Positions 1-12,093 of a stretch of DNA of 64,000 bases are shown here, piece by piece (within the stretch, counting starts at the first letter, position 1; every line of letters starts with the position of its first letter). Under the pieces are notes generated by a model, which saw nothing but the letters and a program-made list of their open reading frames with translations, had not been told where the DNA came from and ran no database searches. Where the stretch lies: the NCBI GenBank assembly GCA_950097015.1, contig CATNEN010000001.1, positions 19,840,001 to 19,904,000 on the forward strand. Reading direction: 5' to 3'. This DNA is from Macrostomum hystrix. Lineage: Eukaryota; Animalia; Platyhelminthes. A program made the translations under genes and the position numbers.

Positions 1-129
1 ATATCTGACCAGTAAAAGCCGATAATAAGCAAAATAATTACGCTTAAGAATACTCAGAATAGAGAAGTGTAATATTACACCAACAATCGGAATAGGTCAC
101 ACCGAAACTTTAACAACTTTCCAAAACAC

Positions 130-3100
130 TCACTTGCGAACAGGAAAGTACAGCTCCTTAGTTAGCATGGATACAATGGAGGGCACTTGTTTCTTCCTAT
201 CTAGCTGCGGATTGTTTGTGTGCGACTCGAACTCAAAAGCCACGGCCCTATTAACCCTGGTCATGACTCGCATGAAGTCCACCTTGGCGCAGTCTGTCTG
301 GCCGAGGACTTCCGTGAGCTTCTGCACGAACCAGGAGCCGTGCGCGCCATTGCGCCAGGAGAAATAGCCGGGCACCACCGAGTAGCAGATTAGAAAATCG
401 GCGTCTGTTGGCAGCCGCTGAATGGACCGGATTCCGTCTGTGGTGTCCACCGCCCGGTTGAACGCCTCAGCTTCAGTGTCCTCCTCGCCGAGGTCGGCCT
501 GAGGGAGTAGCGGAAGTGGTTTGGGATCGCCTGAATGATCACCTAAAGGAGCACTACTGAGGAGGTTAGATTTACCTGAAGGAGCACCTGAAGGATCACT
601 ACTGATGAGGTTAGATTTACCTGAAGGAGCACCTGAAGGATCACTACTGATGGGGTTAGGATTACCTGAAGGATCACTACTGATGGGGTTAGGTTTACCT
701 GAAGGAGCACCTGAAGGATCACTACTGATGGGGTTAGGATTACCTGAAGTATCACTACTGATGGGGTTAGGATTACCTGAAGGATCACTACTGATGGGGT
801 TAGGTTTACCTGAAGGATCACTACTGATGGGGTTAGGATTACCTGAAGGATCACTACTGATGGGGTTAGGATTACCTGAAGGATCACTACTGATGAGGTT
901 AGATTTACCTGAAGGAGCACCTGAAGGATCACTACTGATAGTGTTAGGATTACCTGAAGGATCACTACTGATGGGGTTAGGTTTACCTGAAGGAGCACCT
1001 GAAGGATCACTACTGATGGGGTTAGGATTACCTGAAGGATCACTACTGATGGGGTTAGGTTTACCTGAAGGAGCACCTGAAGGATCACTACTGATGGGGT
1101 TAGGATTACCTGAAGGATCACTACTGATGGGGTTAGGATTACCTGAAGGATCACTACTGATGGGGTTAGGTTTACCTGAAGGATCACTACTGATGGGGTT
1201 AGGAGCACCTGAAGGATCACTACTGATGGGGTTAGGTTTACCTGAAGGAGCACCTGAAGGATCACTACTGATGAGGTTAGATTTACCTGAAGGAGCACCT
1301 GAAGGATCACTACTGATGGGGTTAGGATTACCTGAAGGATCACTACTGATGGGGTTAGGTTTACCTGAAGGAGCACCTGAAGGATCACTACTGATGGGGT
1401 TAGGATTACCTGAAGGATCACTACTGATGGGGTTAGGTTTACCTGAAGGAGCACCTGAAGGATCACTACTGATGGGGTTAGGATTACCTGAAGGATCACT
1501 ACTGATGGGGTTAGGATTACCTGAAGGATCACTACTGATGGGGTTAGGATTACCTGAAGGATCACTACTGATGGGGTTAGGTTTACCTGAAGGATCACTA
1601 CTGATGGGGTTAGGAGCACCTGAAGGATCACTACTGATGGGGTTAGGTTTACCTGAAGGAGCACCTGAAGGATCACTACTGATGAGGTTAGATTTACCTG
1701 AAGGAGCACCTGAAGGATCACTACTGATGGGGTTCGGATTACCTGAAGGATCACTACTGATGGGGTTAGGTTTACCTGAAGGAGCACCTGAAGGATCACT
1801 ACTGATGAGGTTAGGTTTACCTGAAGGATTACTACTAATGGGGTTAGGAGCGCCTGAAGGAGCACCTGAAGGAGCACCCAGAATAACAATAATGAATGAG
1901 CTAATATAATCAGGAATACCTCACCTGTTCCATGCCGGAATCGAACTTGTTACCTCGGCAGGCCTGCATGAAGAACAGTTTTGGCTTGCCCACGAGTGTT
2001 TGGCACTGTCTGAATGGCTCGAACACATCAGACAGTGGAATTTGGCAGTCCTGGGCGAAGATTATCCCCTCCTCGCCGTGCGACATAATCACAATGGCGA
2101 TGGCGTCACTGTCGCGATGGTTAACCTCGGCCACTGCGACAGATGAAAAATCAGCCATACATAAATACTACTTGCAAGTAGAAAGCTACTATAAAAAAGT
2201 ACGGTGCCAACCGAAAGGCCTCATCATGTAATTAGTCTAATCAATCAGCTCACCTTGTCTTAGCTCCCTAATAAACGCGGCGGCAGTCAGATTATTGTGC
2301 CTGTGCACTTTAAACTGCAACCGCCGTAGAGCCGCCTCAATATTAGCCGAGTCCTTGTCCGAACCGTGCCTGTAGGACAGGCCCAGTTCCGGGCTGAATT
2401 CTTGAAAGTTAAACACCAGGGCCAAGCCGCGTTGCTCGTGTCTCATGTTGTACATGTAATTAGGATCGAATGCCTGGTCGCCGGCAATAGCAGGCCTGGC
2501 ATTAAGGTTTAAAAATTAGATGAATGCTAAGTCGGACAGAGAACTGGGGTGGGTGTTTCGGGTAACAAATTAGGAGTGGGTGCTAAGGTCAGAGAAATTG
2601 GGGTGGGTGCTAAAAATGATAGAGCAATTTTGGGGCGGGTGCTAAAATGGCGGAGAAAATTGGGGTGGGTGCTAAAAGATCTGAGAAATTTGGGGTGGGT
2701 GTTGAAAGGTCAGAGAAATTTGGGGTGGGTGCTAAAAATGATAGAAATTTTGGGGTGGGTGCTAAAATCGCGGAGAAATTTGGGGTGGGTGCAAAAAGGT
2801 CAGAGAAAATTGGGGTGGGCGTTGATAGTAGACAACGGAGAATTTCAAATACCCACATTTTTCTTTCTTCCATATCTTCGAACATAATCAACTCATCGTT
2901 GTATTTGAAATATTTGAAATAAGTATTTGAAATACAACCGTGATCTTTCCCAGGAGGAAAAATAGTGTGGTCTACTGCTGGAGGAGGAAAATTCTGGGGT
3001 GGGTGTTAAGGGACAGAGATTTTGTGCCGAGGGTGTGGGCGCAACAAAATGCAAAGCAAGCAAAATCTTTCTAACCCGCTATTATCTCTAGGCGAGTCAA

Positions 3101-3446
3101 CCACAGCGGCATTTCCGTTGTTTCCGCTGGGCGACGAAGTTGGCGAAGCTGCTGCGGCAGCGACATTGGACGGACCGGCTGTTGCCGGCTTCGTCTCACT
3201 AGGCGGTTGCCTAGGCAACGCAACTGGAGAAGAAGAGCGCTTGGAGCCGCCGCAGCCGAATAAAGATCTGAGCCTGCCACCTGAACGCTTCTTCTTGCCG
3301 GCCCCTTGACCGGAGAATGGAGCGGCGTCTGTTTCCTCTGGCTGCGCTGACAACTCACCGGCTGGGGCCTGAGGCACCGACTCTGCCATGGGCTGCAATG
3401 CGGTGAGGCTGCGAGCTGCCAGCGACTGCCTGCCTTCAGCATTCAT
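130..3446 (-). CDS. Effector caspase (caspase-3/7-like), 4 coding exons, ~396 aa
   Basis: Exons 3446-3076, 2495-2254, 2133-1925 and 498-130 join through GT..AG sites in consistent phase (1191 nt). Motifs: SHG (catalytic His), KPKLFFMQACRG, ADFL..YS..PGYFSWR, GSWF, SMLTKELYF. Short prodomain with EETD|A and linker DTTD|G. The start could alternatively be MAESV (~3389). Confidence 0.95.
540..1880. repeat. Intronic minisatellite, 33-bp unit with optional 12-bp module (caspase intron 3)
   Basis: Unit CCTGAAGGATCACTACTGATGGGGTTAGGATTA interspersed with CCTGAAGGAGCA; lies between caspase exons 3 and 4. Confidence 0.95.
2545..2821. repeat. ~30-bp degenerate tandem repeat (caspase intron 1)
   Basis: About 9 copies of a GGGGTGGGTGCTAAAAGGTCAGAGAAATTT-like unit. 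Confidence 0.9.
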
Positions 3447-4405
3447 TTCCTTAGTGACTTCAGCTGCCCCCTGTGCCTTCAGTATCCATTTCCTTAGTGA
3501 CTTCAGCTGCCCCCTGTGCCTTCAGTATCCATTTCCTTAGTGACTTCAGCTGCCCCCTGTGCCTTCAGTATCCATTTCCTTAGTGACTTCAGCTGCTCCC
3601 TGTGCCTTCAGCATCCATTTCCTTAGTGACTTCAGCTGCCCCCTGTGCCTTCAGTATCCATTTCCTTAGTGACTTCAGCTGCTCCCTGTGCCTTCAGCAA
3701 TTATTTCCTTAGTGACTTCAGCTGCCCCCTGTGCCTTCAGCAATTATTTCCTTAGTGCCTTCAGCTGCTCCCTGTGCCTTCAGCATCCATTTCCTTAGTG
3801 CCTTCAGCTGCCCCCTGTGCCTTCAGCATCCATTTCCTTAGTGACTTCAGCTGCTCCCTGTGCCTTCAGCATCCATTTCCTTAGTGACTTCAGCTGCCCC
3901 CTGTGCCTTCAGCAATTATTTCCTTAGTGCCTTCAGCTGCTCCCTGTGCCTTCAGCATCCATTTCCTTAGTGACTTCAGCTGCTCCCTGTACCTTCAGCA
4001 TCCATTTCCTTAGTGACTTCAGCTGCCCCCTGTGCCTTCAGCATCCATTTCCTTAGTGACTTCAGCTGCTCCCTGTGCCTTCAGCATCCATTTCCTTAGT
4101 GCCTTCAGCTGCTCCCTGTGCCTTCAGCATCCATTTCCTTAGTGCCTTCAGCTGCTCCCTGTGCCTTCAGCATCCATTTCCTTAGTGCCTTCAGCTGCTC
4201 CCTGTACCTTCAGCATCCATTTCCTTAGTGCCTTCAGCTGCCCCCTGTGCCTTCAGCATCCATTTCCTTAGTGACTTCAGCTGCCCCCTGTGCCTTCAGC
4301 AATTATTTCCTTAGTGCCTTCAGCTGCCCCCTGTGCCTTCAGCAATTATTTCCTTAGTGACTTCAGCTGCTCCCTGTGCCTTCAGCATCCATTTCCCTAG
4401 TGCCC
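3431..4405 (-). repeat. 43-bp tandem array (~22 copies) overlapping the caspase start; most units encode a 9-codon uORF
   Basis: + unit TGCCTTCAGCATCCATTTCCTTAGTGACTTCAGCTGCCCCCTG. The - strand reads GAA ATG GAT GCT GAA GGC ACA GGG GGC AGC TGA. Confidence 0.95.
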
Positions 4406-4770
4406 TGTCTGATACCTCAACTGTCAGTAATGAATGAAACTGTCAATTTGAAGGCCTAAAAATATAAATATAAAGAAATTAAAAAAATAGTTTTTGCAAT
4501 TACAAAAGAAAGAAAGTAACATAAAAATTTCAGTTACAGTAAGTAAACATTTAAAATTTAAGAAAATCTGTACAATGATTATATCTTTATCTCTTATTGA
4601 AAGGAAGTGTGCAAAGATTGCTAAGATAAATATTGTTTCTAAGAAAAGTTTGACAGAACTTATCACAAAAGGTTTTTTAACGCATGACTAAAATCAGCTA
4701 GGTTTCGTATCTTATCTTATGTAAATACACTACATGTGGTCGCAGGGACAAGAAGGAATGCAAAATGATG

Positions 4771-5047
4771 TGGGTCAAACGCTGATTGGTCGGTGGAGGA
4801 GAAGAGAGAGGTAGAGGCTCTGATTGGTCAGAGGGACCACGAGGGATATAGTATGAGGTGGGTGATCCTCGGGGTAGAGAAGATAGAGTAAGGTCAAACG
4901 CTACGATTAGTCGGAGAGAGGGGAGAGGGGAGAGTGTGAAGTGGGGTCAAACGCTGATTGGTCGTGGAGAGGGGGAGGATGAAGTGGGGTCAAACGCTGA
5001 TTGGTCGGGGAGAGAGGGGAAGTGACGAGTGGGGTCAAACGCTGATT
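4771..5047. promoter_or_regulatory. Degenerate repeat carrying multiple CCAAT boxes between ARL16 and the caspase
   Basis: GGGGTCAAACGCTGATTGGTC recurs about 6 times. Intact CTGATTGGTC (GACCAATCAG on -) at ~4782, 4820, 4954 and 4997. Regulatory function is unproven. Confidence 0.4.
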
Positions 5048-5134
5048 CTTCAGAGAAAGTTAAGAAACTGGGGTTGAAGAAAATAATAAACCAAGCTGAA
5101 TAAGCTAACCAGAGATAATAAATTTTCAATGTCA

Positions 5135-6266
5135 TCAAGCGCACAATTCTAGCCACTCTTTAAGAGCAGAAAATCCCGTCCGATTCAGAGCGGAAACTTC
5201 GGCCACGGAGACCTCCTGACGGGAGTGGCGCAATATGTCGTCGAGCATAAACAGGTGCATGAATTTGTTTTTGTCCGCGTCCGATGTGACGAGATCACTG
5301 TGGGGATAGATAAAGGTGAGTTTCTGTCCAGGGTAGTTAGTAGCTTTTAGCCCATTCTATGAGACTTTGGACTCTTTAGATGGAGGTCTGGAGTTCGAAT
5401 CTTAGCACAGGGGGAACTGTGAGCTCCTTGAGCAAGATGCTTCATTACAATCTGGTTCAGTTCACCCAGCTGTACAATGGGTATCATCATTAGTTAGGTT
5501 AGAAATTCCGGTAAAGTGTGGCAATCACTCTCCTCCCAGTCTATGAACTGAACGCTGATGTACACAAGCTTTCAATGTACACAAGCTTTCAATGTACACA
5601 AGCTTTCAATGTACACAAGCTTTCAATGTACACAAGCTTTCAATGTACACAAGCTTTCAATATACACAAGCTTTCAATGTACACAAGCTTTGGATATTTT
5701 TCATCTGGCTCAGAAGTATTACATTTTTTGTATTGTATTACTGTATTATGTATTACAATAACATCAACATTTGTGGCTCACAGTTTGTTAAACAGCAGCA
5801 GAATTTTGCACGACTGCGTGTGCGGACAATTTAACAGGTGAATAAACTGAATAGTTGCCGAGCCCACTTGCTGCAGATTTGATGCATCCACTACAAACTG
5901 CAAATTCGAACAAAGAAAAGTCTATGTCTACTACTGACAGGCACAACTCAGTAGTATAACATTGTTGAACTGCTTACAATGATAGCGGCGACATCTGAAT
6001 AGTAATCAGGCCAAACTGGAGCCATTGATCCTCCAAGTTCACGCACTGTGACCGACTTCTTGCGGCTGACTTGCACTTTTACTAGGCTGGTGCCAATCTG
6101 TGTATATTAATATAGGCTAATAATTAACAATTAGAGCAATAACTAGATATCCTGAAACACTTACAGATGGAACTGTGGCCACAAGCTCCTTATCCTTGTC
6201 ATCAGTTGTTAGTCGTTTCAATAATAAACTTTTACCAACACTGGACGGCCCAATTAGCAAGCACAT
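5135..6266 (-). CDS. ARL16: ADP-ribosylation factor-like protein 16, 4 exons, 166 aa
   Basis: Exons 6266-6165, 6097-5978, 5897-5782 and 5297-5135, all GT-AG and phase-consistent. Protein MCLLIGPSSVGKSLLLKRL...TVPS/IGT...TVRELGGSMAPVWPDYY...FVVDAS...LLFNKLD...EVSA. It has a P-loop, the RELGG switch characteristic of ARL16 (replacing DxGG), NKxD and G5. Confidence 0.93.
5330..5500 (+). mobile_element. tRNA-derived SINE fragment (family B)
   Basis: B-box-like GAGTTCGAATC followed by CTTGAGCAAG...TTCAGTTCACCCAGCTGTACAATGGGT; similar to the reverse complement of 17040-17280. Confidence 0.55.
5558..5691. repeat. 17-bp tandem repeat (~8 copies) in ARL16 intron 3
   Basis: (CAATGTACACAAGCTTT)n. Confidence 0.95.
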
Positions 6267-7254
6267 GACAGGGTGTCACAGCACACAGATTGCTGCAATA
6301 ATAAAAGTACAATTTCAGTTGAAAATCTGCTTTAGTTACCTAGTCAATGATGATTATTTAGATGTGCTCAGAAACAGACACATTTTTCACAAACAAATAG
6401 CTTATTTTGTTTTATTGACTCTCAGGCTAAATTATATATTATTTTATTCATACTAAATAGCAATTGGCACATTTTCTAACAGTTTAAAGGCATAATCTGA
6501 AATCACACTTTCAAATAGGAAAATCCATCTAGCTCCCATGTTGATCTTAATAAAATGTAGCTTATAAATGATTATTTATTCATTTAATAACTATAACACA
6601 ATTATTTAAATAGGAAAAAGTGAGTTGACAGAAATATACAACTTTGGGTACTAGAGATCCTAGTCTGTTTAGTTAAATAGCTTGTAAGTACTTTATAAAA
6701 AGGTTTTGTAATGTTATGATTAAATATATATTGTTATCAAATAAACAGGCTAGACATGCTTTAAATGTTCAATTAAAAAACAATAAGCACTTAGGCAAAA
6801 AATAGTTAAATATAGCACTTTTATTTATATCCTTATTTTAATATATAATAAAAGAGCTTCCACGAGACTATATAATAGTGGCCTTTGTAAACCTTACCTG
6901 AAATATTACCAACTAAACAATAATTTTAAATAATTTAAATAATAAAAAGTAAACGTGATATGTCAAAATTTATGTTATGAGGCATAAAATAATGTTATGC
7001 CTTACTAACAAAGCACAGACTTTTTCAGAAAAGAATTAATCAAACTGATCTAATTAATACTTTATAAGGTTTAAAAAATCATAATCTGTAATAGAGTGCT
7101 CACTATTGTTATAACCAAAAGCTTTGAGGACTACATACCTTGTTTAGGTATGTTGCAAGGTAGCAATCCTATACTTATAGCCAAAGGCATTTCAATGCTA
7201 GCTAGAGATATACTATCAGTGCTGAAGGACTAATTAAAACAAAGAAAAATAATA

Positions 7255-7896
7255 GGGTAATGTATCATCAACCGAACAGTGTATCTTCAAAACCGAACAA
7301 GAATTTTGACTCCTTCCTTGGTCTTGTGCAAGACAGAAACAAGCGTTTGTGTTTCACAGAACAACTGATTTGAAAGTTAAAGTAATTATCTACAAGCTGA
7401 GGCATGATGTGCAATGAAGCATTAAAAGGAAAGAAAGATATTGATGTTTCAGTAGAAATTTTTATTGCAAAAGCATACTTTTTAACAACATTTTTTCAGT
7501 ATGTACTTTAGACAAAGATTGTATGTGGTTGCTTGCCAATTAAATGACCATTAATATAGTTATTTATAGAGCATGAAAAATGCTTTCAAATGACATAACT
7601 CATGATAGTTCACTCCTTAAAAAAAGATTAAACCACTCACTCAAATTGTAAAACCAAACATCAAATTCTCTGTTTGGTTTGAAGATACATGAAAATAATT
7701 GTTCGGTTTTAGATAAAAAGCAGGAATAACTTTTTTTCTATTTGACAAAATAGCAAAAGCAGATACTTTTTAGAAAGATGTAACTGTTTTCTATAACTTG
7801 GCTTTTGATTTATCATCATAACTTAAAAAGAAAATCTGTAGCTTATGTTTGAAGTAAAAAAATACACATTCTTGTTTGGTTGATGATACATTGCCC
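7255..7896. mobile_element. Non-autonomous DNA transposon (MITE) with ~24-bp TIRs and TA flanks
   Basis: Left GGGTAATGTATCATCAACCGAACA versus reverse complement of right GGGCAATGTATCATCAACCAAACA. TA on both sides; internal subterminal AACCGAACA/TGTTTGGTT motifs. Confidence 0.75.
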
Positions 7897-8709
7897 TAAT
7901 CTCTTACAAGAAACAGCTCAAATGTTGTTTTTTATTGATGGTAATTTGAAGCTCTAATTAATGTGTTTTGACAATAGGGGGCCTATCTGAACAGTTTTAC
8001 TCTGCATTGCTTTAGTTTGTTTCTCAATACCTGCAATGTTTTTTAATGTTTTACTATTTCACTTTGTTAAAATTGTATTATAAACAGCTATAAAAAATAT
8101 CTTACTTGTAAATTTAATGCTAGGGGTAGTACTAAAACAATGAATTGTTTTGTTTCTTTCCAGAAATTTTTGGTAGAATTCTAGAATTTAAGTAGTCACA
8201 ATATTTAGGAGTTTCAGAAACTTACTATTTAATGAACTTTCAGGCTATCTTGAAATGAGAAAAGCAAATAATTCAGAAGTGAGCCAATCTATGCAAAGAG
8301 ACTAGGCAACTGTAATCCAATTGAAGGACAGGAGATTAAATGAGAAGTGGAAGTGCGGAAGTGCCTTGCTGCTCACAGTTTATATGATAGGGGCCTATAC
8401 ACTACCAAATTTAGTAAAAATAATTTACAAGCTCAAATAGTATGAATATTAGACATTTTGTACAGTTGCAAGTATAGATTGGAATAAGCATAAAGTGTAT
8501 TTAAGTAAATTCAAAGTAATATACATATCCTTTAGACATCAGAGTAGTAGGGGACTAGGGCCTATATACACTTGTAATCTTATTATGAAGAGATGTGCCA
8601 GATATATTGACTTTGAATCAAAAAGCATTGCTTTTACCATGTGCAGAACAACAGCTAAACAAACATAAATTCTAGTCTTAGGTCTAGCTCATAGCATAGG
8701 CCTAGCTTA

Positions 8710-9096
8710 TAATAATAATAGCAGGGGGCTGCAGGCAATGGCACATCATTTAGTGACACTAGGGCCTATACTAGACCTGCAGCCAGTGAGGAGGGAATTC
8801 AGCCCATTTCGCAGGCTCCTGAGCACTCAGGCACACAGATGCTGTATGCAGGCATACGCTCACACAGGTGTGTACATCTGCGCTGACTTTCTCATTGTCA
8901 GGCAATGTACATTTAACTGTGCCTTGGAGCCTGGAGGTTGGTCCTAAAGGGAGTCAAGGCTGTAAATTGCATTGCACAAGCCCTCAAGTCTTCTCTCTGC
9001 GGCTGTGCCCCAAATAAATGTGGCATTGTCGTGGAATCGAACTTAGGGACCGTGGTGCAAGAGGCAAACGCGATAACCGCTCTGCCACTGACCCCC
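8710..9096 (-). mobile_element. tRNA-derived SINE, family A (~370 bp)
   Basis: Head GGCAGAGCGGTT...GTTCGATTCC (A/B boxes) and an AT-rich tail; the body is shared with four other copies in the window. Confidence 0.8.
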
Positions 9097-10308
9097 TCCT
9101 AGTGACATAGCATAGCTAGTAGCCTGATACTCCTACAACTGTCTACTACTACTACAGCTTTGACAGTTGCAAAAGTTGTAGTACCGTACGAGTAATTATA
9201 GAGAATATTTCAAGTGATTCGTTTCAGAACTCTAAGCAATATATTTTTATTCCGATTCTGCCTAGTCGATTTGCAAGACATAATACAAGCTGTACATACC
9301 GTACATACAGCCTATCTGACTTAAAGCCAATTGTGGTTCTTTGATTAAGTTATTTTGAACTTGTGGTATGCTGCTTTTCGTACTTCTTAACAAATAAATA
9401 TTACACAAAAAACATTTTTTCAAAATTTTAAAAAATCTTAACTTTTTTCGTACCTAAAAAATTTATGTGTACTTGCAGTAAAACGTCTTTAGGTCTGTTT
9501 AAAATTAAATCATATTTTTAATTCCATGTCAATCAGTGTTGACGAGAGACAAAAGAGGCAAAAGCATTTATGTTCTAATACTCGTAATGATCGAATTGCG
9601 AATTTGTAAAGCCTCCACACCAGTTTTAAGAGCAATATAAAACAAATCATCATGTTTGTCGACTAAGACTGATATGCAAGTTTTTGTGTTTAGTGTTTCT
9701 TAGCCAAGCATTTTGACGTCAAATTGATTTGATCAGTGAAAAATGGCTGAGCTTACATGCCATATCTAGAGCCAAAATTCCTCTTATAATTTCGGAAACT
9801 GAAACAAGGCTGAAACAATATGTATAATAACACCATTGTAATAATCTTGGTCTTTGATCTCTCTGTATTTAACGCAAGTCATCTATAATAAGTTGATAGC
9901 TTGTCATAGCTTAAGCTGGTCTCTCGGGTCTCTATAATTTGATGGACAAACAAACGGTTGTCAAAAGCCCCCTAACAGCTGTAGATGTGCCGTAGCTGTT
10001 ACCCACACGTCAGTCGCAACTACTCGATTGAAGTCTAATTGACAAGGCACAGCTAATTCGGCATAAATGCATCAATTAACAATATCTTGAGAAGCCATGC
10101 ATGACAGTGCTCTTGCCATTCAAATTTGGATGCAATTTTCAAACGCGATCAGTCATCTTGACAACAGTGCAGGTGAAAATGTTCCCATACGATCGCACGC
10201 AGTCCTGTCAGAAGCGCATTTATAAACCTAAGTTTGTGTATTTTTCTGCTTAGCTCCATCTAAACAACCCGCTGCTGGAGCTCAAGTTAAAAAAACAACA
10301 CAGAAATT

Positions 10309-11314
10309 ATGAAGATAGTTTACACTTTCTGGCTTCGGATTATAAGCACAAAGATTGCCAACTCAGACACAATTAATCAATATCGAACTGTCAAAGTCGG
10401 ATATCTGAACAAGTCACAAGCGGTATGGCAGATAACACGGCCCTCCATAGCCCTGCTCGACTGTTTCGTGTCGAGTCGCAAGTTCCAGCTCAACAATTTC
10501 GGTGTGGTGCAATGGAACAGACGAGATGCCTCGTGCCTCATGCTTCGATTCCGTCAGGTGTGTCACCTGCTCAGCCTCTTTAACATCAGCTTATCGGCGA
10601 CGACAGCTCAACGGCTGCAAGATCAGTTTGATTGCGAGATTGTTATGGACTCAGAGTACGATGCCATCACTGCGAACGAGCACTTCAGTGCTGTGTGGGT
10701 TGGAGACAGGGGGCCGGCTCTGGAGAATGTGGTGTGCGGCCCTGGTGGACAGAGAAAACCCAAGAGATCCAGCAATGTGACGTGGACGAGTGATGGCGCT
10801 CGCATGAACGGAGTCTCGTCTCGACTGTGGGTGGACGATCCAGCCGGCCTGGACTTCACAGGCTCCTACACCTGGGTGCTGCACCTGAAAAGAAGGTCCA
10901 AGACTCACTGCCTCTTGGAGCTGGAGGATTGCGTCACGAAATTGATCACAGATCATTTCTGGCAGTATTTCTGACAAGTCTCATGTCAGGTCTCTCTTCT
11001 TCCATCCTGGCCACCCTAAATATTTCCAAACTGGAGATGTGCTGACCACCGATTCGCAGCAGCTCTTCCTCGCCGGGGTGTCCTTCGAAAGGCCGGCGGG
11101 TCACTGCAGATTCTTTCTGGGATCGGCATTTCTGCCGAAGACGGAGTTCAACACTGACAATAACCTTGGGTTCAAAGAAGCAGATGCGAGCATTAAGATT
11201 GGCTTTCGGAATAGGAATGACGGAGTGCTTGATGGAGTCGTTCGGGCTGTCACCGTTGCCAACTCGGCTCTGACTGAGGAACAGATTCGTCGCCTGTTTC
11301 ACCTGCTGGCCTGA
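10309..11314 (+). pseudogene. Secreted PAN-like/LamG-like family, copy 1 (single +1 frameshift)
   Basis: ORFs 10309-10974 and 11039-11314 join if one extra T at ~10969 (CAG TAT T TCT GAC AAG) is removed, giving ...DHFWQYSDKSHVRSLFFHPGHPKYFQTGDVL...LDGVVRAVTVANSALTEEQIRRLF. A sequencing error cannot be excluded. Confidence 0.8.
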
Positions 11315-12093
11315 AGCTCTTCTGAATGTCAAAACTTCGCCTGTCCACTTTCATTTGACTTAAAAATTGTGCAAAACAGTGGCAAAAACGAATTTTATCT
11401 ATCGGCTCTAGCGAATCTACAGGCTTAATACGAGTGTATACGGGACTCTTTGAGTTAAAAAATTTCGAATTTTCAATGTTTAAATAATCAGCGGCCCTAG
11501 TGCAAGGCGACGAATGTTTTGCGAGTAGGGCGAATGATACAGAATTATTCAACCACTTTAAGCACTTAAGCTTGCTTATAATCTACTCTATGCCTTTAGG
11601 TAGTTGGAAAAGCACCTACCTACCTACCTACAGGCCCATCAAAACAGTCGTTTTCTAGTACAGGAGCTGCTGATTATTTCCATAGGCTAGAATTTAAACG
11701 ATCATAGCCATAGACAGAAGCGCAACACGGAAAAAATCTAGCACAGACCAAAGATTATAAATACCCTATTTTATGCCTAAACTGGCATTTATTTAAAACA
11801 TGGTGTGTTTATCATCTTTGGCACAGACAGCTAAAGATTAGTCATTCTAGAAGAGTCATAATCTATGGTAGTAGACAAAAAACAGACACAGATTTTAATA
11901 ATTAATAATTGCGAAAGCAGCTTGGATGCCTCGTAAGCGATAAAACTGAGTATTTTTGTCACTCAGGATCAGAATAAATGTCTATGGTACGGTTTGTGAG
12001 TAAGAGTGCAGCTTGATTTCGATAGGTAAGCCGAGCCAAAAAACAGCATTTCGACTGCACCAAGAGTCTTCTAACGCAAAAATTTCTAAAGCA

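Noticed and set aside
600-1820. Hammerhead-ribozyme-like CTGATGAGGT...ACCTGAA in the minisatellite
   Set aside because: The required GAAA after stem II is absent (TGAAG), and most units read CTGATGG.
543-1909. Long ORFs on both strands (448 and 434 aa)
   Set aside because: Artefact of 33- and 12-bp units (multiples of 3) inside a caspase intron whose flanking exons splice cleanly.
3431-4405. CRISPR-like array
   Set aside because: Head-to-tail repeats with no unique spacers, in a eukaryotic context with no cas genes. The same applies to 33301-34150.
9030-9096. tRNA genes (also 22900, 36100 and 48970)
   Set aside because: tRNA-like heads, mostly continuing into a shared SINE body; no convincing cloverleaf.
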